Positions 1 to 10,951 of a stretch of 64,000 bases of DNA are shown piece by piece (within the stretch, counting starts at the first letter, position 1; each line of letters starts with the position of its first letter). The notes beneath the pieces were generated by a model. The model saw nothing but the letters and a program-made list of their open reading frames with translations, was not told where the DNA came from and made no database searches. Source of the DNA: an uncultured Planctomycetota bacterium (GTDB lineage: Bacteria > Planctomycetota > Planctomycetia > Gemmatales > Gemmataceae); NCBI GenBank assembly GCA_963849325.1, contig CAWKHF010000010.1, positions 384,001 to 448,000 of the forward strand, in the 5' to 3' direction. A program made the translations under genes and the position numbers.

Positions 1-1071
1 GCGAGTTCGAGCGACACTTCGGCCGCCGGCCGCGCGGCATCTGGCTGCCGGAGTGCGGCTACGCTCCCGGCATCGAGAAACTGCTGCACGACAGCGGCAT
101 TCGCTATTTCTTCACCGACACGCACTCCGTCCTGTTCGCCGAGCCGCGGCCGCGCTTCGGCGTCTATGCTCCTCTGCTGGTGCCCGGCAGCAACGTCGCC
201 TGCCTGGCCCGCGACACCGAATCGTCCAAGCAGGTCTGGAGCGCCATCGAGGGCTATCCCGGCGACTACAACTACCGCGACTTCTACCGCGACGTCGGCT
301 TCGACCTCGATTACGAATACCTTCGGCCGCACCTGCACCACAGCGGCATCCGCAGCCTGCTCGGCATCAAGTATTACAAGATCACCGGCCGCACCGACCA
401 CAAACTGCCCTACGATCCGAAGGCGGCCTTGGACAAGGCCGCCGAGCACGCCGGCAATTTCATGTTCAACCGCGAGAAGCAGGTGGAATGGTTGTCCGGC
501 TCGATGGACGGCCGGCCGGCGCTGATCGTGGCTCCCTACGACGCCGAGCTGTTCGGCCACTGGTGGTTCGAGGGGCCGGACTGGATCAACTTCCTGCTCC
601 GCAAGACTGCACTTCGATCAGCAGACGGTGAAGGCCGTGACCGTGCCGGAGTACCTGGACCGCCACTCGCGCATCCAGGTATCGCAGCCGACCCTGTCGA
701 GCTGGGGTTACAAGGGCTATTGCGAAGTGTGGCTGGAAGGCTCCAACGATTGGATCTATCGCCACCTGCACGAAGGGGCCGAACGCATGGTCGAATTGGC
801 CCGCGAAAACAGTGACGCCCCGCCCTTGCGCCGCCGCGCTCTCAACCAGGCCGCCCGCGAGCTGCTTTTGGCGCAGTCCAGCGATTGGGCCTTCATCCTC
901 AAAACCGGTACGATGGTCGAGTACGCCAAGGAGCGCACGCGGCTGCACGTCAACAACTTCAATCACCTCTACGAGACGATCAAGCGCAACGACATCGACG
1001 AGAGCTGGCTCAGCGGCATCGAGCGCCGGCACAATCTCTTTCCCGACATCGATTACCGCGTCTATGCCTGA
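1..1071 (+). CDS. GH57 / DUF1957 1,4-alpha-glucan branching enzyme, 5'-partial, frameshift near 615
   Basis: Motifs GIWLPECGY, GYPGDYNYRDFYRD, PYDAELFGHWWFEGP and ARELLLAQSSDWAF are split over ORFs 180-815 and 628-1071. Confidence 0.9.
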
Positions 1072-1337
1072 CAATTGGGGACCGGAAGAGCTTTCGCTTG
1101 ACCGAGAAATGCCGAGAGCTTGAGATAGGGGGGGAGGATGCGCCGGCACGCCCTAAGAACGAGTTCGGCGGATGAGCGAGAGATCGACGCAGAGGCCCAC
1201 CTAACTTTTCCTGCATAAAGATGACTAACCGACCCCTTGCCATACCGCGGATGGGGTTCGGATTGGCGAGGCGGATTGGCGGGTGTAGGATAGCTTCAAG
1301 GCCTACTACCCGACATCTTCGGATCGGAGATTGAAAC

Positions 1338-1622
1338 ATGCCGGCGCTTTCAACTAAAGAAGCCACGGAGAGGCTCGCGAAAGTTGTGGAAATGGCCAAG
1401 CAGAGCACGCTTGGGGAGGTCTATGCCGAACTCTTCCCAGAAGCGCCTGCGTCACCTCTTCCAAGCGCTGGGGACATGGCTCGATACATCCGCGACGGGC
1501 TAGAGGCAGAAGAGATTGTCGATCTTTGGAACGTCGTGTTCCCCGGAGACCGCAACGTCCGTTACGATGAAGAAGCGAAGGAGGTTCGCTACAACGAAGA
1601 CATGGTAGGATCCTCCGACTGA
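1338..1622 (+). CDS. Small acidic hypothetical protein (94 aa)
   Basis: Clean ORF with a GGAG RBS, 25 bp upstream of the HEPN gene. Confidence 0.7.
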   Translation: MPALSTKEATERLAKVVEMAKQSTLGEVYAELFPEAPASPLPSAGDMARYIRDGLEAEEIVDLWNVVFPGDRNVRYDEEAKEVRYNEDMVGSSD

Positions 1623-1647
1623 CGGCGGGTGCTGCCCGATCTCTAGT

Positions 1648-2433
1648 TTGGTGACTGCCGTGCCTGCCACCGCCCTTCAGCACTTCCAAGAAGACATCGC
1701 AAGAGCTAAAGCGATCATCGATCACGCCGACCCGCTTCCGCGTGCCAATGCCGCCGAGCAACTGCTCCGCTCCGATTTCCTGCGCAGCGCCTGGATGTTC
1801 GCTGTCGGAGCGATGGACGCTTACTTCTGCGATGCCTACACGGACATTGTTGCCGCCACAGCGAACTCGAAGAGTCGGCAGCCGGCAATCATCCTCCCGG
1901 AGTGGGTCTACGACATCAAGTTCCCGATCCGGGCAATCCTGGAGGAATACGACAACGCGAACTGGCGATGGCGGATGGCGGCCCGCAAGATGATGGAGCG
2001 TGAGAACGTCATCAGTCTGTCGGCCGTCCAGACGCTGTTCAACAAGTTCTTCCGCAGGGGTCACAAGTTCTTTCGCGACCTCTTTGACGCCTGGATCTCC
2101 CGGCCCGATTCGAAGATCCGTCTCTTCGGCGTCTCGCGGGCGGACTACGTGGCGATGACCGATGCGGACAAGCACAACACGCGAGAGAACGCGAACGACC
2201 AGTTCGAGGACCGTTTCCGGGCAATCTTCCAACGACGACACGACTGCATCCACAATTGCGACCGACCGAGGATGTCGCCACAGCCACTCGACAAGGGCGG
2301 TACCGTGCGGAAGGTCATCCAAGACATCGAGTTCCTCGTGAACCGGTGCGACGAACACATTGCCACCGATTTCCGTCAATTCCTCGTCGGCGTCGGTTGC
2401 TCGGTGGCGACCATCGCGCAGGCAGGTTACTAA
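1648..2433 (+). CDS. HEPN-domain protein (RiboL-PSP-HEPN-like), putative RNase
   Basis: N-terminal helix LRSAWMFAVGAMDAYFCD and C-terminal R-x4-H motif (RRHDCIHN). Start codon uncertain. Confidence 0.7.
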   Translation: MVTAVPATALQHFQEDIARAKAIIDHADPLPRANAAEQLLRSDFLRSAWMFAVGAMDAYFCDAYTDIVAATANSKSRQPAIILPEWVYDIKFPIRAILEEYDNANWRWRMAARKMMERENVISLSAVQTLFNKFFRRGHKFFRDLFDAWISRPDSKIRLFGVSRADYVAMTDADKHNTRENANDQFEDRFRAIFQRRHDCIHNCDRPRMSPQPLDKGGTVRKVIQDIEFLVNRCDEHIATDFRQFLVGVGCSVATIAQAGY

Positions 2434-2517
2434 GAAGCGGACGGCGGGCGCCCCGTTCCCATCGAACCAACCGTTGCACCTGACTCGTGGGGCACGACGG
2501 CTTCGGTGGCAAACAGC

Positions 2518-3578
2518 TCACCGATCCAACGTGGAACGAAACAGCAGAAAATCGACACAGCCGGCGACGAGATGCTGCACGAGGTTGTAGAAGATGATGG
2601 GGAGCATTACGCGCGGGTGGTCGGCCAGCGCCATCGTCGCTAGTACCAGACCGGTGCCGTTGTTGTTCATACCCAGCCCGAACATCAGGCTCGTCCGCCG
2701 CGCCGCGTCGCGCGGAAGAGTAGGGCCAGCACGTAGCCGGCGCCGAAGGCGAACATGCACAGGCCGCAGACGACGATCAGGATCACCACTACGAAATCGG
2801 GGTCGGGGTTGGCAATCGACTCCGGCAGCGATACCGAGGCGTTGGAGTAATTGAGCACCAGCAGGTTCAAGGAGTTGAGCAGCTTCAGCGTCGGTTTGGC
2901 TCGGGCGACGCGCTCGCCGCCGACGGCGGCGCGAGTCAGCATACCGAGGGCCGACGGCAGGATCACGCATAAGGCCAGGAAACCGCCTGTGGTGCCGGAG
3001 GCCGCCAACTCGTGCAAGTCTTCCGAATAGTCGCCCGTCGTCATCAGGCCAACCGAGTGCAGGGCCAACGGCGTCGTCAGCGGACTGAGCAAGGTCGAGA
3101 ACAGCACCAGGCCGAGGCTCAGGCTCAGGTCGCCGTTGGCGTTCTGCGTCCACGCCGTCGAGGAGCCGGCAATCGGCATCGACGCCACCAGGGCCAGGCC
3201 GACCAGGATGTTTTGCACCTCGTCGGAGTTGTGCCAAAAGCGCAGGCTCTGCGATACGCCATAGATGTAGGCGATGGGCAGCAGCAGGTTGGCGGCCAGG
3301 CCGGCGACGAGCATCCACGGCCGGCGCAGCAGGTGACGCAACTGCGCCGTCTGCACGCCCAGCCCGGCGTTGAGCAATAGAAGCGCCAGCAGCAGCATCG
3401 GCAGCGACACCGTCAGCGTTTCGCCGAACAGGTTGATCCGGCCGAGCGAAACGTTCTTGATGCCGATGCCTGCGGCCGGGGAGACGGCGGCGACGACGTA
3501 GGAACCCAAGAGGAACCAGATGAAGTTCCGGTGCAGGAAGTGGGAAAAGCGGACGAGCGGTTGTCCCGGATTATCCAT
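2518..3578 (-). CDS. Bile acid:sodium symporter family transporter, frameshift near 2700
   Basis: Multi-TM protein with ASMPIAGSS...NANGD and FGLGMNNNGTG motifs in two frames. Confidence 0.85.
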
Positions 3579-3636
3579 GTGCGACCTCTTGCCAGCTCGT
3601 CGTCTCTTGTCATCCTATTCACGGGGATCGGCAGAG

Positions 3637-5577
3637 CTACAGGCGGGATTTGATGAACTGAGCATTGCGGTGCGCCAGGGCCATGATGCTAATCATCGGA
3701 TTGACGCCGGTGGAAGTGGGCAGAGCGCTGCCGTCGGCGACGAAGAGGTTACGGACCTCCCATGTCTCGCCGTCTGGCTTCACCACGGCGCGGCACGAGT
3801 TGGCGCCCATCCGACAACTGCTCATCTGATGGGCGCTGAACAGCGACATGTCGTTCTTGCGCACGCCGATCTCGGCGAAGCGGCGCAGGTGCAGTTCCAT
3901 TCTGCCCTCGCCCGGCGCAAATTCGGGGAGATTGTTGTACGGCCCGCCGACGGTGTGTGCCCCGGCGGCGGCGTGGAGACGAACGGACTCCTGCGCGGCG
4001 CGAAGGACAAGGCGGGCATCGCAGGGCGATACGGTGTAGTCCACGACGGGATTGCCACGCTTATCGACGCGCACTCGTCCGCCGTCCCGGTCGCGCGTGA
4101 TGGCGATGAAGACGGCCAGGTGCGGCAGCTGGCGCATGAGGCGGGCGTGATCGTGGGCGTTACGCCAGGGCAAGCCGAGCGCCGCCACGCCGGCGTGGAC
4201 GGGAGGCACCTCGACGACAAAACCATAACCCCCTTCCAGGTCGGCGAACTGATCGCACGCCGCGGTCTGCATGGCGCCGCGCCAACCCTCGATGGGTTCG
4301 CGGTAAGCACCGAATACGGCTACCGTCGGATGTAGGTGCAAGTGTCGGCCAATGTTCGGGTTGGTCAGACCCGAACGCACGAGCAGGGCCGGCGTCTGGA
4401 TGCTGCCGCCGGCGGCCACCACGGCCCGACTGCGAACCGTCAGGCGTCGGTCCTGTACCGTCGCCTCGACGCCCGTCGCGGCACCGTTGCGGATGGTGAC
4501 GCGATCGACGTGACCGTTCGCAACCAGTATCGCGCCGTGCTCATGGGCGTCTTGCAGGTACGTCTTCAAGGTGCCTTGCTTGGCACCGAAACGACAGCCG
4601 AAGCCGCAGTAGCCGCAGTCTTGGCAATTCTTGGCGTTGCGCGGCAGTACGCGCCACGAATAACCGAGCTTCCGGCAGCCGTCGATGAGCCGCTGGTTCT
4701 GGGGATTATGCACGCCCTCGTCGGTGTTGACGTGGAGGCGCCGGCACACCGCATCGAGACTGGCCTGCCACTCGGCCCCGGCGGCCCCGGTGATCCCGCA
4801 CTTCTCTTGCCATTGACGCAGGACGGGATCGGGCGTTCGCAGGCTGGTCATCCAGTTGACGGTCGTGCCGCCGCCGAGATTGCTGCCGGCCAGGAGGACG
4901 ACCCCGGCGTCGCGCGTGGTCAGAATGCCGCGGTTCTCGAACAATCGCTGCATGCTCGATAGCTCGGCGCCGTCGAAGTCGGGTTCGTGGTAATAGCCGC
5001 CCTTTTCCAGCACGACGACACGCTGCCCCGCCGCCGCCAGCTCCGCGGCCACGACACCTCCACCCGCGCCCGAACCGATGACGACCACGTCCGCATCGAG
5101 CGTCGTATCGTCAGTCACCTGGAGCACGGATAAGGGCCGCGCTACGGAGGCCGTCTCGGGCTTCTGGGAGCCCGGATAACCGAGTTCGTCCCAGTGGGGA
5201 TTGCGCCCCGTGTGCGGATCGAGGAGCGAATAGCAGAGGAGCAGGGCGAGTCGCTTGAACGCCTGAAATCCGCCGCGCAGCAGACCCAGGCGACTGCCGG
5301 CCCATGCACGCAGGACGCGCTCGCGCCCCGCCGAGTCCAGGCCGGTCAAGCGCCTGAAACGGCCGGTGAGTAGACCATTGGCGAGCCGGCTGTCGAACAA
5401 CGACAGGGCCAGCCGAATGCTCCGCTGTTGCTCGGGACTCGCCACCTCCGTCAGCAGGGCGGCGAACTCGGAAGCGAGGCCAGCGCCCGTCCGGTCCTTC
5501 TCGCTGGAGGGAGCCAGCGTTCGGCAAACGGCTTCGAGAGTACGGAACTGGGCGTCCGAGAACATGGGAGTCCTCAT
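3637..5577 (-). CDS. GMC family oxidoreductase (long-chain alcohol oxidase-like)
   Basis: VVIGSGAGGG FAD motif, GGGTTVNW, CGYCGFGC and SAHQMSSCRMG. The ATG at 5577 overlaps the upstream stop. Confidence 0.9.
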   Translation of the reverse strand: MRTPMFSDAQFRTLEAVCRTLAPSSEKDRTGAGLASEFAALLTEVASPEQQRSIRLALSLFDSRLANGLLTGRFRRLTGLDSAGRERVLRAWAGSRLGLLRGGFQAFKRLALLLCYSLLDPHTGRNPHWDELGYPGSQKPETASVARPLSVLQVTDDTTLDADVVVIGSGAGGGVVAAELAAAGQRVVVLEKGGYYHEPDFDGAELSSMQRLFENRGILTTRDAGVVLLAGSNLGGGTTVNWMTSLRTPDPVLRQWQEKCGITGAAGAEWQASLDAVCRRLHVNTDEGVHNPQNQRLIDGCRKLGYSWRVLPRNAKNCQDCGYCGFGCRFGAKQGTLKTYLQDAHEHGAILVANGHVDRVTIRNGAATGVEATVQDRRLTVRSRAVVAAGGSIQTPALLVRSGLTNPNIGRHLHLHPTVAVFGAYREPIEGWRGAMQTAACDQFADLEGGYGFVVEVPPVHAGVAALGLPWRNAHDHARLMRQLPHLAVFIAITRDRDGGRVRVDKRGNPVVDYTVSPCDARLVLRAAQESVRLHAAAGAHTVGGPYNNLPEFAPGEGRMELHLRRFAEIGVRKNDMSLFSAHQMSSCRMGANSCRAVVKPDGETWEVRNLFVADGSALPTSTGVNPMISIMALAHRNAQFIKSRL

Positions 5578-5977
5578 CGCGAGAAAACAGCGGTCGTCGT
5601 CGCAGCCGGATCTTCGGGCGGCCTGTCCGCGAGGGCGATCCGCGGTTGTCGAGCCATCGCCTGAACGAGTACAGCCAGCGTGAGGCCCACGTAAAGGATC
5701 GTGAAGGCGACGAGATAACTCATCTGGCGCGGCAACGGGCGGTATTTCATCCAACGGATGACGAGATAGCCGGCGAAGGGGATGACCTGCAGAGCGTGGA
5801 TGCCGAGCATGTGGGCGATGCGCAGGTCGCCGGCCTTCGTGCTCCAGTTGACGAACGGCAGGCCCGAGCCGACGTCCGCCCGGCCGAGCGTGTGGGAACT
5901 GTAACAGGACAGCATCCCTCCTTGCAAGCTGCCCAGGATAAACACGATCAGGCCGAGGCGGATGCTCCACAGGTACA
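5574..5977 (-). pseudogene. 3' half of a membrane protein, 5' end deleted
   Basis: YLWSIRLGL...GLPFVNWSTKAGDLRIAHMLGIHALQ. Coding character stops abruptly at about 5977. Confidence 0.6.
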
Positions 5978-6022
5978 CGCACGGTTTGGGTCTGCACCGC
6001 TCGAACCTGTATCGCAAGAAAC

Positions 6023-6400
6023 GTGTTGCTTCTGCCGATGGACCACGGCCTGTCCGTGCTGCTGGAAGATTTGAGCGTGCGCGGTCTGCTGGACCAGACG
6101 CTCGTCGTCTGGATGGGCGATAGGGGCCGTACCCCGCGCATCAACGCCGGCGCCGGTCGCGATCACTGGTCCTTCTGCTATTCCGTCGTCATGGCCGGAG
6201 GAGGAATTCGAGGCGGCCAGGTGTACGGCTCCTCGGATCGCAGCGCGGCGTATCCCTCCACCAACCCGATCCATCCGGCCGAGTTGGCCGCGACCATTTA
6301 CCACTGTCTCGGAATTGATCCTCGTTCGGAGATAACCGATCAGCAAGGTCGTCCTCTCGTCATCGGCACGGCCAAGCCCATCCGCGCGTTGATGGGATAG
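6023..6400 (+). pseudogene. C-terminal fragment of a DUF1501 protein
   Basis: LLEDL..RGLLDQTLVVWMGDRGRTPRIN..GRDHW matches the C-terminus of the full DUF1501 at 50628. The N-terminal ~70% is missing and EFGR reads DRGR. Confidence 0.8.
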
Positions 6401-6422
6401 GGCAAGAGGCTTCGTTCGCGCG

Positions 6423-7456
6423 TCACTTGCCGGCCGCCTTGTTCCGGCCCGGCTCCGCTTGTTCTCCCTCAGCCAGTCGTTCCAGAAGAGCAGCGAATAG
6501 GAAACGCGGCGTGGGTCCATCCGCCCAGTGTTTCATGATGCCGAAGCCACAGACGAGGAGTCGGCCTTTGCCCCCGTACTCCATTTCCAACCACGGCCAG
6601 CCTCCCTCTCCCCGAGCGACCTCCGCCGTCAGGGCACCATCCTCGATCCCCAGGCTCAACGAGCTGGCGACGACCTTGCCGTCCGCCGGCCAGGCGAGCG
6701 CATCAAGGCGCTTGTCGAGATGACGGATCACCGAGCGCCGCCGCAACGTCAGACTCTCCGGCCCCGCCTTGTCGGACTCTCCCATGCTCGGCAGGAAAAA
6801 CGTTCCCTCCGACGGAGCCAGACAGAGGATGGGCACGCCGCGGGCGGCGAGCAGAACCATGATTTTCGCCAGAGCAGCCTCCTCCTTGAACGAGACTCCC
6901 TCACCGATTAGCAGTACCCCTTTGCCCAGGCCCGCGAGGGCAGAGAGGTTGTTCTGCTCCTCGAAGGGAACGCCGACCTTCGCCAGCATCGGCGCCGTGG
7001 TGTGGGCCGGATCGAAGAGGGTGATTTCCCGCTCCTTGAGCCATTTGGCGCGGCCGGCGAACGGGTCTTCGGGAAAGATCCACAGCACGCGCTCCAGACG
7101 GGTGGTGACCTTCCCGTCGGCCCCGAGGACGTGGACAGCCAGCGCGGTGCGCAGCACAATGCCCTCGCGCACCGGCGGCGCGGTGAAACGGACAACCAAC
7201 TTCCCCGGCTTCTCCGGAGATGCGCGATGTCCGCCGTCCGCCGCACGAGCGTCGCCTGGTCGAGGGCGACGCCCCACACGGCCCGGCCCGCGAACGCCTG
7301 GTCCGCCTTGAGGGTGAAGTGCAGCTCCACCTCCCGGCCGGCGAAGAAGTTCGTCCAGCCTTGGACCGGCTCCAGCCGCACGGACGCTTCCGCGGCCACG
7401 GCGGGACACGCCGACATTGCGGCAAGTAGGACGATGACGACCTTGCGAGAGATCAT
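6423..7456 (-). CDS. Secreted hypothetical protein, frameshift near 7220
   Basis: Signal peptide MISRKVVIVLLAAM; the reading frame continues in ORF 6423-7409. Confidence 0.65.
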
Positions 7457-7478
7457 AACAGCACCAGCGGAGAGGGCC

Positions 7479-10400
7479 TCATTTCGGATCGTGCTCCGAT
7501 TTCTTTTCCGGCAGCGGGACCAGCCACAGGCCGAACGAATCGCCGACGAGGAGTCGGTGTTCGTCGAACGGTTGCAGACATTCACTGGGCTGGAAGAATT
7601 GCTGACCTGGCCGCAGCGAGGCGAGCAACTCCGGCGGCCCGCCCTTAAGCGCCCGGCGACTGAACGGTTTAGCGCCCCACAGCCAGCCGCCGGCCAGGGC
7701 GAATGGCGGCCTCGCGTTCCAGGTGTTGTCGGTCCACTGCCGGTAAGCGGGATTGTTCTTCACGGCAAAGACGGCGCTGCGGATCGGCCCAACGCGCAGA
7801 TGCAGCTTGCCCCCGTAGATCAGGTGCCCATCGTTTTCGTTCAGGTCGTAGTCGAAGACCCCCATGCGGGTCGGCATCCGCAGCAGGTCGCCCTCCAGGC
7901 GAGCGCTCGGTCCCAGCAGTTCGACGTCGGCGTTGTGCAGGATGAACAGTCGTTTGAAGGTCTGCTTCTCGACGTTGAAGGCCCACAGTCCGTTCAGTTC
8001 ATGCTGCCCCTGGGCGACAAACAAAATCTGCTTGCGCTCCGCGTCAGTGCGGAAAAAAGTGCAGAGCAGCGGTTTGTTGTCATCGAACGGCGAGCGTTTC
8101 TCCTTGCGGCGGCTGGAAGCCCGGACGTTGCACTGGCGCTGCGCAGGTCCCAGGCGATGAAGTAAGAATCCTTGCTGTCAAGGGTGTCTGGCTCGCCGAG
8201 ATAGGCGTAGAGCTTGCCCGCGAAGCAGTCCAATCCCTGGACGAAGTTGGAAGGCAGACCATCGGCCGTGGTGATCCGCTCCGCCGGGCCGCCGTCGAAG
8301 GGGAAGACGAAGATGCCGTAACCGCGTGTCCCCAGGTAGTAGCGATTCCGGTAGACACAGGCGGCGGTGCCGAAATACATACCCAGGCGGTATTGTTTCG
8401 CTCCTCCTTCCGTCCACGGCTTGTAGCGCAAGGACATCTGCACCCTCCGGCTCTCCCATCGGCCTCCCTGGCCGGGAGTCAGCCGTAGCAGCAGCACGGA
8501 ATACTGCGGGGGAGAACCGTGCATCTCAATCGCGGCCACGTTGACGGTCCCGTCGGCCACGACGGGCTGGTGGAGCACGACCAGCCCGTCCTTGTTCGGA
8601 TAGATGTCGATCAGCGGCTCCGCGCCCGGCAGGGACGTGAACAGATCGGCCGCGGCGGAGGGTTCGGCCTGAGCGATCTCGGCCTGCCCGCGGCGATACT
8701 CCTTGCGGTAGCTGTCGCGTTCGTGGCGCAGCATTGACGGCGAGGTCGCGTAGGTGAGGAAGCGCCCCTCCTTGCCGTCCACGATGGGCAAGGCCCGCCG
8801 CAGCACGTCATAGGCATAGCGGTAGCCCTCCGGCGTGCGCCGTGATAACGAATGGAACGCCATCCCCTGAACGATCGACGGGGCCAGTTCCTGGCGCCGG
8901 AGCATGAACTCCGTCAATCCCTTCAGTTCGTCGCCGTAACCTGGCCGGTTGACCAGTTGCTCAATGGCACGATAGGCGGCCAGGTAAAGGTTCAGGCGAA
9001 AGGTATCGGAAGTTTTGGGTGCCTTCGCCAGCTGCTCCTGGATGAACAAGCGATAGGCGTGGACCTTCGCCTGGCGCTGTTCATCGGTCAGCTTGTGAAA
9101 CGACAGCTCGGTGGAGACGACGCCCAGGCGGCCGTAGACGGCAACGATCGGGTCGGGGTGGGCGGCGATCTCCGACCAGAGCTTGTGCAAACGGGCCGCC
9201 TGTCCTTCGTCCAGTTGCGGCGGGTAGCGATAGTAGTACAGGACGCCCGAGAGCAATCCGCTCCCTCGGGTGTTCGCAGCGTCGGGATATTTCCGGGCCA
9301 GGGCTGCCCAGGGACGAAGAAGTTGCTGTGCCTCGATCCACCTGTCCCCCGGCTCCTTGTTCGTCAGGATCCAGAAGAAGGTGTGGTTCAGCTGCTCGGT
9401 ATAGTGCTCGAAGGACTTCCGGTCATGGACGCCGGCTTCCAGGCGCTGGAGAGGCATGACGTGTACGCGGCGGTTATTGTCCCGGATCGCCTCGATCACC
9501 GTGCGGGCGGCCGGAGAAACGCCTTCCCGCAGGGCACTGACTCGATTGAGGAACGTGAACAGCCGAGATTCCGCGACCGCCTTGTGAATGTTGCCGGACG
9601 GCGTCAACCGGGTATTCTCCAGCAGCGTTTCGACCTCGACCAGCCGATCCGAGCCTTGCCGCGCCAGGGACAGCGACCGCTCCAGGATGTCCGCCTCCAT
9701 CTTGAGAACGAAGCTTCCGACGCCGCGGCGTTCGCCGGGATCGAGCACTTCGTTGGCCGCGTCGATCAGGGCGCGGCCAACGGAGACGCGCAGCGAGGGA
9801 TCGTCGGGAGACAGGGCGAAGGCCGATTCGACCGCGGGCAGGGCGCGGATCGGATCCTTGTGCTCCCAGTAAAACTCGGCCTCACGCAGAAAGCGGGCCG
9901 CCTCGCGCTGGCGCTGCGGCTCGACCGAGGCGGTCTTGGCATGGAGTGCGCGGGCCGTCTCGCGGAGCAAGGCAGCACTTAGGGCGGCGGCGTCGTGCTC
10001 GCCGACCGAGGCCGTGGCCTTGCCCAGCGACTTGCCGCGGCCGTCCGACAAGAGCGCCGTGGCACGCAGGCCGTCCTTCTCCGAAGCTCGCCCCACCTCC
10101 AGTTCGAGAGTGACCACCGAGGCCAACATTTGTCGTAAGGGCGAGTTGGTCGGCAGATCGCGTTCGCGATTGACCTGGTTGAGCCGGCGTCGCTCCAGCA
10201 CGGCCAGGTCCGGCGAGGCGACAAGTTGTCGCTCCAGGAGCAGCCCCACGGAATCGCAGAACGCATCCATGTCACGCGGTAAATCGACGTTGCGGACGGT
10301 CAGCAAACAAACCGGACGGAGCTGCTTGACCGTTTGGCGTTTCTTTTGAGCGGCCGTGACGGCGGCCACCACTCCCTTTACCGTCGCGGCCAGTTCGCCC

Positions 10401-10813
10401 GCCGGCAGGGCGGCATCCCAGAGGCGAACGCCGGTGCGAGCGTCGAAGACCACCATCCCGCCGACCTTCTTCTGGCCGGCCTCGGCATCGAGGACCGCGA
10501 ACAGGTCCACGGTGAGCAGCTTGCCGACAGCCACCGCCTGATCGGCCGCGACCAGGCCCGACAGCGTGAGCTTGTGCTCGGCCAGTACCCGCTCGATGGC
10601 GGCGCGCTCCAGCACTTCCACGCCTGGCAGTTCGGTCAACTTCGCTTCCGCCAGCGTCTGGACCTTCACCAGTTCTTCGCCCTTGTCGGCGCTGACCAGG
10701 GCGATGCGGATGGAACCATTCTCCTTCGCATTGTCCCTCGCCTGTACCGGCATGACGGCAGCGAGAACTATCGGGAAGCTCCAGAGAAACCTATGCAAGA
10801 AGCGCATAACCAT
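7479..10813 (-). CDS. Large secreted protein with N-terminal CsgG/FlgO-like domain, frameshift near 8130
   Basis: Signal peptide and LERAAIERVLAEHKLTLSGLV...VGKLL CsgG-like motif; continues in ORF 7479-8024. Confidence 0.65.
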
Positions 10814-10837
10814 TCCTGTCTCGTGGAGATGGGGGAG

Positions 10838-10938
10838 AAAGAGCCTCACGCAAAGGCGCAAAGGACGCAAAGAAAAAGTCCTTGCTTTCTCGTTTTTGTC
10901 TTTCTTTGCGTCCTTTGCGCCTTTGCGTGAGGCTCTTT
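10838..10938. repeat. Perfect 38-bp inverted repeat built from (A/G)CGCAAAG units
   Basis: 10838-10875 and 10901-10938 are exact reverse complements with a 25-nt loop. Confidence 0.95.
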
Positions 10939-10951
10939 AACGCGGAGTCGC

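Noticed and set aside
5578-6144. N-terminal extension making the GMC oxidase 835 aa
   Set aside because: The extension overlaps two gene fragments in other frames, and the ATG at 5577 is coupled to the upstream stop.
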